Positions 1 to 10,448 of a stretch of 64,000 nt of DNA are shown piece after piece (within the stretch, counting starts at the first letter, position 1; every line of letters starts with the position of its first letter). Under the pieces are notes generated by a model. The model was not told the DNA's origin, did not search any database, and worked only from the letters and a program-made list of their open reading frames with translations. Position numbers and translations under genes: made by a program. The DNA is from an uncultured delta proteobacterium (lineage in GTDB: Bacteria; Desulfobacterota; Syntrophobacteria; Syntrophobacterales; Syntrophobacteraceae). The stretch lies in assembly GCA_963808625.1 (NCBI GenBank), contig CAWEHK010000018.1:32001-96000 (forward strand), in the 5' to 3' direction.

Positions 1-2634
1 ACCGTTCTTTATGACCGTCACAAGGCCGCCGGAGCACAGATGGTGGAGTTTGGCGGGTGGGAAATGCCGCTCCAATACCCTTCCGGAGTGGTGGAGGAAC
101 ATCTGGCCACGCGCCGGAGGGCAGGGATTTTTGATATTTCCCACATGGGTCGCTTCGTCGTCAGAGGCGCCAAGGCGGTCCCGTTCCTCCAGCATGTCCT
201 GAGCAACAACGCGGAGGCTCTCGATCTGAGACCGACCGGGGCGCAGTACACGCTCATCCCTGATGAGACGGGAGGAGTGATCGACGACGCCTATCTTTAT
301 CGGTTTGCCGAGAGCGAGTATCTGCTGGTGGTCAACGCCGCCAACCGCCGCAAGGATTGGGAGCATCTTCAGAGGCATCTCAAGGATTTCGACGGCGTGG
401 AACTTAGCGACCGCACCCTGGAGATCGCCATGCTCGCCCTGCAGGGGCCCCTGACCCACCGGCTGATGGCGGAAGCGGTGCAGTCCGGCAGGCTCCCGGA
501 GCCGGCCCGAAATGCGGCAGGGGTGGTGACGATTGCCGGGGCTCGGGTGATGGTCGGCCGCACCGGTTATACGGGCGAACCGCTCGCTCTTGAACTTTTC
601 GCAGACCGGGACGATGCGGCCATGCTCTGGGACCTCTTTGTGACGAAGGGAGCGGCACCGGTCGGTTTGGGAGCGCGGGATACGCTGCGTTTGGAAGCGG
701 CTTTGCCGCTTTATGGTCATGAATACGGCCAGGACCATGAGGGCCGGGAGATTCCCGCTTATGCCGTGCCCATCGCCAAGTTCGCGATCAGCTTTTCCCC
801 GTTCAAGGGTGACTTTATCGGCCGAGACGCCCTGGCCAGGCAGTTTGCGGCCTTCTCTAAAATCGTCTTTCGCGACTATTCCGCCCTTGCCGACCTCCCG
901 CACAGGATCCAACCGGTCGCGGTGACGGGCCGCGGTATTGCCCGAGCGGGGGCCAGGGTCTTTCGAGGTGACCTACACGTCGGTTATGTCACCAGCGGTA
1001 CGATGGTGCCATATTGGGTCTTCGAGGACAAAGGGCTCGTCTCGAAGCAGACCGGCGAGCACCGCCTGCGCTCGATCTGCCTCGCTCATATGGACAGTGA
1101 CCTTCTCGAAGACGACCGGCTCACCATCGATATTCGGGGCAAGCTCGTGGAAGCCGTCGTCGTGCCGTTCCATCTTCGTTCCGAGGCGCCCCCCTACGCC
1201 CGGCCCATTGTGTACGGCCACGAATTGCCGGCGAAAACGACGGCCGCAGCCACCGGCGGCGCCAAAGCCCTCCGCCTGCTGGATAAGACCGTCGAAAACT
1301 GGGAGTGGCGCCAGCGTGAGTGCATCAATCTGATCCCCTCGGAAATGACCATGTCGCCAATGGTCCGCATGCTCTCGGTGATGGACCCGGTGTTCCGTTA
1401 TGCCGAGCATAAAGAAACGAAAGCCTTCTACGATGCCGACATCTTCTATTATCAGGGGACCGATTTCATTGCCGAAGTAGAATGGCTCCTGGAGGAGGAG
1501 ATGCGGAAATTCCTCGGCTGCACTGAGGTCGAGATGCGCTTGATCAGCGGGCAGATGGCCAACACGACCGTGTTCAGCGCCATGCTCGACTACCTCAACC
1601 GCGCCGATCGCCGCCGGGAACCGCGACGCATTCGCCGCGTCATGAACAATTATATCGGTAAGGGCGGTCACCTCAGCGCCCAGCCGATGGGCGCCCTCAG
1701 GGACTTCGTCGCCCGCGATCCGACGACCGAACGCCCGGCCGTGGTGAACTTTCCCGTGCTCGAGGAGAATCCCTATCAGATTGATGTGCCCGCTACCCTC
1801 GAATTGATCGACATCTGTCGACCCGAACTGATCATTTTCGGGAAGAGCATGGTTATTCATCGCGAGCCCGTGGCTGAAATTCGCCGCTATCTCGACGCCA
1901 TGCCAATCGATGCCGTAGTGATGTATGACATGGCCCACGTTGTGGGGCTTGTCGGCCCCCATTTTCAACAACCTTTTCTCGAAGGGGCCGATCTGGTGAC
2001 GGCTTCAACTCATAAGACCTTCTTCGGCACCCAGCGGGGGGTGGTGGGAAGCCGCTATCAGGAGCATGAAGAACGCTTTGAGCTGTGGGAGGCTATTCGC
2101 CGTCGGGCCTTTCCCGGCGCCGTGTCCAACCATCACCTGGGCACCCTCCTCGGGCTGCTCATGGCTGCCTACGAAATGAACCACTTCAAGAACGAATACC
2201 AGCCGCGCGTCGTGGCGAACGCCAAAGCCTTCGCTCGGGCGCTCAAGGAATGCGGCTTCGAGGTGGCCGGCGATCCGCGTATCGGCTACACCGAAACCCA
2301 TCAGGTGATCGTGAGTGTCGGCTACGCCCAGGGTCCGGAAATGGCGCAGCGGCTGGAAGCTAACAACATCATTTGCAATTTCCAGGCAACCCCGGATGAT
2401 GAGGGTTTCTCTGCCGCCGGGGCGATTCGGCTGGGGGTGTCGGAAATGACCCGTTTCGGCATGGAAGAAGACGACTTTCGCGCCCTGGCGCTCTTGATGA
2501 AGGAAGTCGTGATGGAAGGCGCCGCCGTGGTGAGTGAGGTCAAAACATTGCGTGAGCGATTCGGTGAATTGCGCTTCTGCTTCCGCGGCGACGACTTCGC
2601 GCCCCTCATGCAGAAGCTGCACGAGTTCCTCTAG
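1..2634 (+). CDS. gcvT-glyA: Fused glycine cleavage aminomethyltransferase (GcvT) - serine hydroxymethyltransferase (GlyA); 5' end lies outside the window
   Basis: Frame is open from base 1 (TVLYDRHKAAGAQMVEFGGWEMP). GcvT motifs FDISHMG, RTGYTGE, GLGARDTLRLEA; SHMT motifs INLIPSE, GGHLS, DMAH, STHKTFFG (PLP Lys), RLGVSEMTRFG. Confidence 0.93.
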   Translation, partial: TVLYDRHKAAGAQMVEFGGWEMPLQYPSGVVEEHLATRRRAGIFDISHMGRFVVRGAKAVPFLQHVLSNNAEALDLRPTGAQYTLIPDETGGVIDDAYLYRFAESEYLLVVNAANRRKDWEHLQRHLKDFDGVELSDRTLEIAMLALQGPLTHRLMAEAVQSGRLPEPARNAAGVVTIAGARVMVGRTGYTGEPLALELFADRDDAAMLWDLFVTKGAAPVGLGARDTLRLEAALPLYGHEYGQDHEGREIPAYAVPIAKFAISFSPFKGDFIGRDALARQFAAFSKIVFRDYSALADLPHRIQPVAVTGRGIARAGARVFRGDLHVGYVTSGTMVPYWVFEDKGLVSKQTGEHRLRSICLAHMDSDLLEDDRLTIDIRGKLVEAVVVPFHLRSEAPPYARPIVYGHELPAKTTAAATGGAKALRLLDKTVENWEWRQRECINLIPSEMTMSPMVRMLSVMDPVFRYAEHKETKAFYDADIFYYQGTDFIAEVEWLLEEEMRKFLGCTEVEMRLISGQMANTTVFSAMLDYLNRADRRREPRRIRRVMNNYIGKGGHLSAQPMGALRDFVARDPTTERPAVVNFPVLEENPYQIDVPATLELIDICRPELIIFGKSMVIHREPVAEIRRYLDAMPIDAVVMYDMAHVVGLVGPHFQQPFLEGADLVTASTHKTFFGTQRGVVGSRYQEHEERFELWEAIRRRAFPGAVSNHHLGTLLGLLMAAYEMNHFKNEYQPRVVANAKAFARALKECGFEVAGDPRIGYTETHQVIVSVGYAQGPEMAQRLEANNIICNFQATPDDEGFSAAGAIRLGVSEMTRFGMEEDDFRALALLMKEVVMEGAAVVSEVKTLRERFGELRFCFRGDDFAPLMQKLHEFL

Positions 2635-2665
2635 CACACGTCGGCGTAAGTTTCTGCTCGGGTCC

Positions 2666-2751
2666 GGTGGGCACAAAAAGACGTGCCCACCCTACACTCT
2701 GCCTCAGGGCTTCAAACATCGTAGGGTGGGCACAGCTCTATCGTGCCCACC
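2666..2751. repeat. GTAG-family REP doublet (REPIN-like)
   Basis: Two inverted GGTGGGCAC-N-GTGCCCACC hairpins with GTAG ends; related copies at 27449 and 42716. Confidence 0.8.
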
Positions 2752-2804
2752 AACACCCCACGAATTTTCGCCCAGGTGTACTGGGGTGATATTTCGGCTA
2801 CCCC

Positions 2805-3260
2805 TCAGGCTGAATGGCGCCCCTCGAATTCTCGCGCAAAACGGACGCCCTGTTGGATATAACCCCGACGGCGATAGAACTCATGGGCCTCTTGACGGTG
2901 TGCCGCACTGGTGACTTCGAGGCGACTGCAGCCGAGCTTTCGGAGAAACGTTTCGGCGTGAAGCAGCAGCGCACTGCCGATGCCACGCCCGGCAAAAGCC
3001 TGTGCGACCGTGAGGACGCTTATCCTCCCGACGCCATGGGGGCGATGCAGGACGGAAGAGGCAAAGGCTGAGACCACGCCGACCACGGATTGGTTCATGA
3101 CGGCGACAAAAGTTCCATAACGCGGCGCGAGGGCCTTCATGGCAAGCAGATTGGCGCCGACTGTTTCCGTCTCGAGCGGATGGCCCATTTCGGCCAGAAG
3201 AGCGGAAATGAACCCGGAATCAGCTTCCTGTGCCTCGCGAATGTGGATTTCTGCACGCAT
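2805..3260 (-). CDS. GNAT family N-acetyltransferase
   Basis: Acetyl-CoA motif V-AQAFAGRGIGSALL and C-terminal AHEFYRRRGY. Confidence 0.88.
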   Translation of the reverse strand: MRAEIHIREAQEADSGFISALLAEMGHPLETETVGANLLAMKALAPRYGTFVAVMNQSVVGVVSAFASSVLHRPHGVGRISVLTVAQAFAGRGIGSALLLHAETFLRKLGCSRLEVTSAAHRQEAHEFYRRRGYIQQGVRFAREFEGRHSA

Positions 3261-3474
3261 GACTGCCCCTCTCGCCTCGGGTAAATGCCCCCTTTGCCCA
3301 TTGTTAGGAGTTTTCCAAGAACAAATAATCCGCTTTCACCACGAAATACTCGAAACACCCGAAAGGCCAGAAGTAATTCTTTCCTGTATTCCGTGTGTTC
3401 CGTGTGTTCCGTGGTTTGAAAATGGGTTCATAATCAGCACAGGCTGTCTCTGGAAGACTCCTAACTGCCGCATG

Positions 3475-3975
3475 CTACCCTTTTTCGCAGTTGCTGCCGG
3501 GGGGCTTGAAATCCGTTGACTCCTCTCCGCCAACCCATTTTTCCAGCCTGTCCACAAATTCAATGGGAAGGATCGTGGCTTGTCCGGTAAAGTGGATGCA
3601 GACCATATTGAGAGTGACGGTCGTGCAAAGCACCAATCCCTCTTCTCCTTCATCACGGTAGATCGCTTGCGAAAGGGCGAGGCTGCGCCTTCGCCACCCC
3701 TTGACTCCCGTATGGATCTCGATCAGATCATCGTAGTGAAGGGGCCGTCGATAGGAGCAGGAAGCTTCGACAATGGCCAGATGCAACTCCTGATCCATAA
3801 AGCGGCGATACGGGTATCCCAGGTCGCGGAGAAAGGCTTCCCGGCCGAGCTCAAGAAGATGAAAGTAGTTGCCGTGGTAAACCGCCTGTCCCAGGTCCAC
3901 CTCGAAAAGCGGGACCCGCAGCGGCGTCCTGTGCCAGCGAAGGGAGGATTCGTGATTCGTTTTGCTTCCGACCAT
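3475..3975 (-). CDS. Acyl-CoA thioesterase (YbgC/4HBT hotdog fold)
   Basis: RVPLFEVDLGQAVYHGNYFHLLELGREAFL and YRRPLHYDDLI; start codon uncertain (3975 or 4044). Confidence 0.82.
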   Translation of the reverse strand: MVGSKTNHESSLRWHRTPLRVPLFEVDLGQAVYHGNYFHLLELGREAFLRDLGYPYRRFMDQELHLAIVEASCSYRRPLHYDDLIEIHTGVKGWRRRSLALSQAIYRDEGEEGLVLCTTVTLNMVCIHFTGQATILPIEFVDRLEKWVGGEESTDFKPPGSNCEKG

Positions 3976-4147
3976 AGAGTTTGCCTCCGAGAGCACGATG
4001 AGAGTTTTGGCAATACTTAGGGCAGCAAAATTGCGATTGATCACGCTCGCTGACTGTACTATTTTTTCACAAATTCTGCCAGCCCTCGTTCGCCGGCGTG
4101 GTCATTGGCGTCGGGATGGTGAAGGGAAGCCACTGGAAACGGTCGGC

Positions 4148-4296
4148 TGAGTACAGCAGCACAGAATAAGGTGACCGTTATCCCAGGACGTCATTCCCGC
4201 ATGCTTTAAGCGGAAATCCAGAAGAAAAGCCTGGACGCCCGCCTTCGCGGGCATGACAGGCGGATATCGGACACCCATTTATGTGGAGTTGTATCA
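4148..4296. mobile_element. MITE-like element copy 1 (about 28-bp TIRs enclosing a CGTCAT-type REP doublet)
   Basis: Left GTACAGCAGCACAGAATAAGGTGACC, right GGACACCCATTTATGTGGAGTTGTATC, internal CGTCATTCCCGC...GCGGGCATGAC; similar copies at 5437, 11538, 63843. Confidence 0.65.
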
Positions 4297-4369
4297 ACCG
4301 TTTCCGGCACCAGCGGAACAGATTGTGCCGGCTGTACCCACCACAATTTATGACAGCAGGAGAGAGAGC

Positions 4370-5404
4370 ATGCGCATGGTGGATCTGCGATCCGATACGG
4401 TTACCCGGCCGACTCCGAGGATGCGTCGGGCAATGGCTGAGGCAGAAGTGGGGGATGATGTTTTTGGCGAGGACCCAACGGTAAACAAGCTCCAGGAGCG
4501 CGCCGCGGAGCGCCTCGGCAAGGAGGCCGCGCTCTTCGTTCCGAGCGGCACCATGGCGAACCTCGTCAGCCTTCTTGCCCATTGCGGCCGGGGTGATGAG
4601 GTGATCCTCGGGGATCAATCCCATACCTACTTATGTGAGCAGGGAGGCATGGCCGCTCTCGGGGCGATCCATCCGCGCCCCCTCCCCAATGAGCCGGATG
4701 GAACCATCGATTTGCATGACATTGAGGCCGCCATTCGGCCGGATAATGTGCACTTTCCCAGGACTCGCCTGATCTCGCTGGAAAATACGCACAATCGGTG
4801 CCACGGCAGTCCCCTCAGCCTCGCCTATCTGGCTGCGGTGAGGGAGATTGCCAGGCGTCACGGGCTCACGGTGCACCTTGACGGCGCCCGCCTGTTCAAC
4901 GCGGCCGTCGCACTCGGAGTGGAGGCCGGGGAAATTGCCGCGGAGGCCGATTCGGTGTCGTTTTGTTTCAGCAAAGCCCTTGCCGCTCCTGCCGGATCGG
5001 TGGTTTGCGGCGCCAGCGGTTTCATTGCCGAAGCGAGACGCGCACGCAAGGTGCTCGGGGGCGGCATGCGCCAGGCCGGTGTGCTCGCCGCAGCCTGCCT
5101 GGTGGCCCTCGAGGAGATGGTGGAGAGGCTTGCAGCCGATCACGCCAATGCCCGCAGGCTGGCCGAGGGTCTGGCGGAGGTAGCCGGACTCACAACCGAG
5201 CCTCAGCGTGCGGTAACCAATATCGTCTATGTGGGGATCGCGCGCGAGGACATGACCTCACAGCTTCTGGTCGAGAGGCTCAGCACCAAAGGAATTCTCG
5301 TCCTGCCCACCGGCCCCCGCCGGATCAGGGCCGTGACCCACTACCATATTACCCCGGATGACATCGAATATGCCCTCGAGGCATTCCGGCAGGTGGTGGG
5401 CTAG
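4370..5404 (+). CDS. ltaE: Low-specificity L-threonine aldolase
   Basis: [56 protein letters not shown] (PLP Lys), LGGGMRQAG; purine-rich RBS before ATG 4370. Confidence 0.93.
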   Translation: MRMVDLRSDTVTRPTPRMRRAMAEAEVGDDVFGEDPTVNKLQERAAERLGKEAALFVPSGTMANLVSLLAHCGRGDEVILGDQSHTYLCEQGGMAALGAIHPRPLPNEPDGTIDLHDIEAAIRPDNVHFPRTRLISLENTHNRCHGSPLSLAYLAAVREIARRHGLTVHLDGARLFNAAVALGVEAGEIAAEADSVSFCFSKALAAPAGSVVCGASGFIAEARRARKVLGGGMRQAGVLAAACLVALEEMVERLAADHANARRLAEGLAEVAGLTTEPQRAVTNIVYVGIAREDMTSQLLVERLSTKGILVLPTGPRRIRAVTHYHITPDDIEYALEAFRQVVG

Positions 5405-5436
5405 AGATCCCTTCAAGCGTGTGGTAAAAGTCCTTC

Positions 5437-5592
5437 TTAGTACAGCACCGCAGAATAGAGTGTCCATTACCCCCGGGCGTCATTCCCGCATGCTTTTAGC
5501 GGGAATCCAGAGTCTGCCCACCCTGGATTCCCGCCAGAAACACGCGGGAATGACGTCTGGGATTGGACACTTATTTATGCGGAGGTGTCTAG
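5437..5592. mobile_element. MITE-like element copy 2
   Basis: TTAGTACAGCACCGCAGAATAGAGTGTCC ... GGACACTTATTTATGCGGAGGTGTCTAG around CGTCATTCCCGC...GCGGGAATGACG. Confidence 0.7.
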
Positions 5593-5943
5593 CGTCACCC
5601 CCGCAAATTCCCCGCTCAAAGCCTGCGAGGACAAGCTTTGACAGGGGGCCCAGGCTGTTTACAGGAACCTTGCCCGCTAAAAGCATGTGGGAATGACAAT
5701 CGGTAGCTCATTCCGCAATCAGCGGCAAGGGCGCTTCGGTTTTAGATATGCTTTGAGGCCGCATTGATCTCTAAGCAGATTTGCACAAAAGCTCTTTCTT
5801 CCGCGGTAGGAAGTTAGCAGAGAGGAGGGCTTTACCGACCATATGATGGGTTACAGGCAGGGCGCATCGACCCTGCCCGTAAGGTTTTGGCAGATTGTCA
5901 ATCACGGGCCAGTCAAAACAAAGCGAGCAAAGCTTCCAGGACA

Positions 5944-6622
5944 TTATGCGGGAGTTGGTAGACCCAGTTCTTCCAAAAACTTTTCCAAACCGATCTCGTC
6001 GATCACTCGACCCAGGCGCTTCGCCTTCCCCGTTCGTTGGTACCAATCCACCACGGTATCGATTAGCGAAAGGGCCTCCGCGTCATTAAGACCGGTGGCA
6101 ATCACGTCAGCAAGCCGTGGTTTGAGGCCGGAGACAAAGCCGCCTGCCAGGACACGCCAGCCTTTGGCGGTGCCGACCAGGCCCAAGTCCTTGACCGAAG
6201 CTTCCGAACAGTTGTTGGGGCACCCCGAAACACCCATCTTAAACTTGTAGGGCAAGCTGTACCCGTGGTACTTTTCATCCAGTTTCAGGCCGACTCCTAC
6301 CGCATCCTGCGCGCCAATGCGGCAAAAAGTGGTGCCGGGGCAGATCTTGACCGAGCGTACGCAAAGACCAACGGCGGCTCCCGGTGACAGCCCCAGGTCC
6401 TGCCAGACCTGATCCAGGTCTTCGGCACGAATACCGACGATGGCAAAGCGCCCGGCAGAGGTGAGCTTAACGGCTTTGGCGCCGTACTTTTCGCTCGTAT
6501 CGGCGATCGTGCGCAACACGTTAAAGTCAGTTATGATGCCCCCGGGAATGTGTGGTGCAATCGCGTAGGTTTCCTTGTCTCGTCTGTAGAATTGCACCTT
6601 TCTCCAGCAGATCTCCAGCCAT
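5944..6622 (-). CDS. Nitrite/sulfite reductase-like ferredoxin + 4Fe-4S/siroheme domain protein (1-nt frameshift near 6583)
   Basis: AGGAGG RBS then MAGDLLEKGAILQ, which shifts into RDKETYAIAPHIPGG; motifs CPGTTFC and KFKMGVSGCPNNC. Confidence 0.82.
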
Positions 6623-6880
6623 TCTTGTCCTCCTTAATTGTTCCTCCCAAAAATCGTACCCCTTTGCCCACACGGAACACCCGTTCACCGAGCAATTTAG
6701 AGTCCATTTCCATCACTTCGGAATGAAAGTCCCTACCGAACCAACCTTCAAAGGTCCAGAGGATCCCGTTCTTTCAACGAAAGTGCACGACCCTATACCA
6801 AGTTGTGGATTCAGATTCAATCATTCTCTTGTGGTATTTTGCGAAAATTGCGGGGAAAAGACTTGGATGAATTGACAGGC

Positions 6881-7224
6881 TCAGTCCTCGACCGAGACTC
6901 TCTTCGATCTCTCACGCTTCAAGACGCTGTGCTGCTTCTTCTCTTCCAGGCGTCTTTGTTTCGCCATTCTGCTGACGCCCGTTTTCCTTCTAACCTTCTC
7001 CGGTTTCAACACCGCGCGCAGCAATTCCGCAAAACGTTCGATCGCTGCCTCCCGATTAGCACTTTGGCTGCGAGTCTGCTGCGAGATGACACGAAGCACT
7101 CCGTCCTTGCTCACACGACTGCCAAGGCGGCTCATGATGAGCTCTTTATGTTCCTGAGACAGGCTTGGTGAATCAGCGACGTCGAACCAGAGCGTCACCA
7201 GCGTGTTGACCTTGTTAACATTTT
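6881..7224 (-). pseudogene. arfB: 3' portion of alternative ribosome rescue peptidyl-tRNA hydrolase ArfB, lacking start and GGQ motif
   Basis: Reads NVNKVNTLVTLWF...SQQTRSQSANRE...RRLEEKK; homology to the intact copy at 10449-10871 stops exactly where GGQ should be. Confidence 0.85.
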
Positions 7225-7404
7225 AATCAATTTAACTCGGCCATGGCAGCCATTCTGGCGGAGTTAATCATTTCCTGCTGCCAGATTATCATCATATCCT
7301 TCAGGGCTCTTAAGCAGACCAATCCAAATATGATCAATATATCTTATAAGCTTTGAGTCGCAACATTCTTCAAATAGAGGAGAGAATATTGACTTCTGAA
7401 TTTG

Positions 7405-7647
7405 CCCTGAAGGCTCCTCTATGATTGAAACCACGTAGGACGGGTCAGGGTGGGTGTGGATCAGGAAGCACACCGGATCTGTCCACGGCGTATTCTACGT
7501 CTTGCGATCATTCAGCGGGGGAGTCCACTCTATAGGAAGGCGGCTCATTTCGGTCGAATGAATACGTTCGTGGGGAGGACGTAGCCGCACATCAGCCCCC
7601 CCCCAAAAAACTGGTCAAACGGAGACTTGACCCTTTCACCCTGCGGT
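7405..7647 (-). repeat. ~240-bp inverted repeat, left arm
   Basis: Near-identical reverse complement of 9100-9341. Confidence 0.95.
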
Positions 7648-7772
7648 CCGCTCTTTGATCTGAGGTGTTGCATTTGGCGAAAACTGTAATAAGATAATGC
7701 TCTCTCGATGAGGCAACCCTAAATTACGATCCCAATGCGGATTTGGAACCCTGCCGAGGCCAGGACACAACT

Positions 7773-8853
7773 ATGACAAACCGACCGAAGGTAAAAGCAA
7801 AATCTCAAAATCGACCGGTGCAGCATGTAGGTATGCAAGTCGGGAAGAAAGTTGTCCATTCTTTGCTCGACGAAATGCAGGATGGTTCGGAGTATCAGAG
7901 CATTGTGGGGGCAGTCCCCGAGAACCTGAACCTTGCTACTGAGCTTACGCGGGCACTCCGAGAAATTGAAACGACCAGAAATCGGCCCTGCCTTTGCTAT
8001 GTGGGCAATGTGGTGAAGCCGGACAGTGAAGCCGGGATTGATGCAACTGACGATCTCCCTTTTGCCGAAATGGTTGGGAAGATCGAGGGAACACCTGCTG
8101 GGGTCGATGTCCTATTAGCCACGAATGGTGGTTCAGCGTACCAGATCAGCAGGTTTGTGAATGCATTGCGCGGCCGGTTCCAATCGGTTTGAGTTTCTTC
8201 TTCCCTCATTTTGCATGAGTGCGGGTACTCTCTTTGCGCTCTCGGGCGACCGGATATGGATGACCTCACGGGCCTGCCTAGGCCCAATCGATCCTCAAGT
8301 TCCTTCAAAAGATGGCCGATTAGTACCAGCACAAGCTCTTTTGCTCTTGGTTGAGCAACTTCAAAAACAGGGCCAGGAAGCTTTAGATAACAAGAGAAGT
8401 GTACCATGGACGGCAGTCCGAATTATTGACAGCATCGACAAGAAAGAGCTTGGGGATGCCATTTAAGCGTCCGAATATTCCCGAACAATGGCCACCCAGT
8501 TCCTGAAGAGCTACAAGCTGCGTAGCTGGGTTACTCACAGATCATCAGGTTTAACCGTGACAGAGGATGAACGGGAAGAGGCAGCTGGAAACATAGCGGA
8601 TGCGCTTGCATCCCATTTGAGGTGGAAAGCCCATGGCCATGCCATCCCGCGACAGATTTTGTGGAGCGAAGTGAAATTGGAAATCGACCATCCCGAAACT
8701 GTCCCAGGATTGAACAGGGCAATGGCACGTTTTTGGGCGCTTTGCACTTGGCTTTTCGACAAGACGCCTGTGATCAAAGTGATGATTTCCGCGAATCATA
8801 CTTATATTAAACATAAGATTGTCACGGTACGGCAGGAGCCCCAACATGGTTGA
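7773..8853 (+). pseudogene. SDH family Clp-fold (SppA/S49-like) serine protease, frameshift near 8188 and in-frame TAA at 8464
   Basis: VDVLLATNGGS, CMSAGTLFALSGDRIWM, LGPIDPQV and WKAHGHAI motifs spread over ORFs 7743-8192, 8161-8466, 8488-8853. Confidence 0.78.
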
Positions 8854-9064
8854 TGATAAGATGCTCGAACAGCTTGGTTGGTCCGACGATTTGATCAAAG
8901 AGGTGACACGTTCCTCTGATCTGATCCGCAAAACCACTCCCACTATGAAGGTGGTTGAGTCGCCATGGATCATTGATGAGACATCCTTTGCCAGCGACTC
9001 CTTCCAACTGTCTTCAGATACGGGAGTTTCGAATAGCCTCTTTGTCTCTCGTGAAGAACCATGA
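8846..9064 (+). CDS. Small acidic hypothetical protein (72 aa) coupled to the SDH protease gene
   Basis: AGGAG RBS at 8834, ATG overlaps the end of the upstream gene; MVDDKMLEQLGWSDDLIKEV. Confidence 0.6.
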   Translation: MVDDKMLEQLGWSDDLIKEVTRSSDLIRKTTPTMKVVESPWIIDETSFASDSFQLSSDTGVSNSLFVSREEP

Positions 9065-9099
9065 ACAGCAAGGTTCAGCGGAGGTTGCGGACTCCGCTC

Positions 9100-9341
9100 A
9101 CCGCAGGGTGAAAGGGTCAAGTCTCCGTTTGACCAGTTTTTTGGGGGGGGCTGATGTGCGGCTACGTCCTCCCCGCGAACGTATTCATTCGACCGAAATG
9201 AGCCGCCTTCCTATAGAGTGGACTCCCCCGCTGAATGATCGCAAGACGTAGAATACGCCGTGGACAAATCCGGTGTGCTTCCTGATCCACACCCACCCTG
9301 ACCCGTCCTACGTGGTTTCAGTCATGGAAGAGCCCTCAGGC
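9100..9341 (+). repeat. ~240-bp inverted repeat, right arm
   Basis: Reverse complement of 7405-7647; contains GGTCAA-N8-TTGACC hairpin and T6G8 tract. Confidence 0.95.
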
Positions 9342-9401
9342 GCTGAAAGTGTTACCCTCCACCCTGTTTCTTTTTGCCACGCTCCAAGGAACGGAGCTCG
9401 C

Positions 9402-9784
9402 TTATCCGTTTTTCTTTGCAATATATTGAACCCCATCGATTTCCTCGAAGTCGGAATCTTGAGTCCATATGGTAGCCCCATGCACTCGTGCGGTCGCCAG
9501 GATGATGCTATCGGCCATAGGCAGGCGGCATTCGATACTCACTCTTGCAGCGAGGATTGAGATTTCTGCCGTGAGGTCTACAACAGAACCCTGCTGCATG
9601 AGTGCTACAGCTTGAAGTGCATCGGATTCATTGCGTTGGCGGAGAACCACCTTGAAAACCTCGTAAATCGTAATGGAAGGAACGACGAGATCGGACGTCT
9701 CTCGCAAGAGGGCTGGAAAAGAACGATGCGTTGGGGCCGTCCGCGAAAGTATTCAAGCCAGCCTGAGGAATCGACTATGTTCAT
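9402..9784 (-). CDS. vapC: VapC/PIN-domain toxin (two 1-nt frameshifts near 9745 and 9710)
   Basis: MNIVDSSGWLEYF N-terminus, ITIYEVFKV, LPMADSIILATA, WTQDSDF. Confidence 0.85.
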
Positions 9785-9988
9785 ATTCTGTCGGGTTCTC
9801 TTTCGACAGTGGTATCAATTCCTTTGAGAAACCCTTTCATTTCCGAAATCTTTCTGAGAGGGAATCATCTCGATTCTGTTGCCATAGACAACCATTTGAA
9901 CCTTTTGACCTGGCGATAGTTTTAAAGCATTGCGAAGTCTTTTGGGAATCACAACCTGGAACTTAGGGGAAATCTTAACTGCTTCCAT
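9781..9988 (-). CDS. AbrB/MazE/SpoVT-type antitoxin (frameshifted)
   Basis: MEAVKISPKFQVVIPK.../LKLSPGQKVQ.../MKGFLKGIDTTVERE; ATGA overlap with vapC; absent from the ORF track. Confidence 0.78.
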
Positions 9989-10448
9989 ACGCTTTCTCCA
10001 TCGATGATAGTTTTGTAATATTTTAGCTCATATCGTAGCGTTGAACAAGCAGTGCGTCTCTGATCCCTCCCGGCTGGTCCCTGCCATGGAGGAACCATCA
10101 GGCGCCACTATAAATTCCGATGTGTGGAACCAACTGGCCCAATACCTCCCCGGTAATATCCATCATGGAATACCCTGTGACGAAATCACCTGATCTTCAT
10201 GATCCCTACCATGCCCGACCCATCCTTGGTGGTATCAATCATAGAGGAGCCTTTGGGTGCATGCGAAAGTCACCATACCTTGCCAATATGCCAACTTGGC
10301 AATTTTCCAACATATGATTTGAATAATGGAACTTCGTCTGAGCGTTTTTGTATATTTCCCTTTCTCGTATGAGAATGCGGTATATGTTTGAGGATCAGCT
10401 CCAAACAACCTATTCTCCTTTACCTCGCTTCCACCAGTCAGGTGCGCT

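Noticed and set aside
8464..8466. In-frame stop in the SDH protease as recoding
   Set aside because: Codon is TAA, not at a Cys-like position, and no SECIS-like hairpin; nonsense mutation or error
9273..9341. HTHP-x-S-x2-E (JAMM-like) or PEP-synthase-like peptide in the inverted-repeat arm
   Set aside because: Short, interrupted by stops, histidines not kept in the other motif copies
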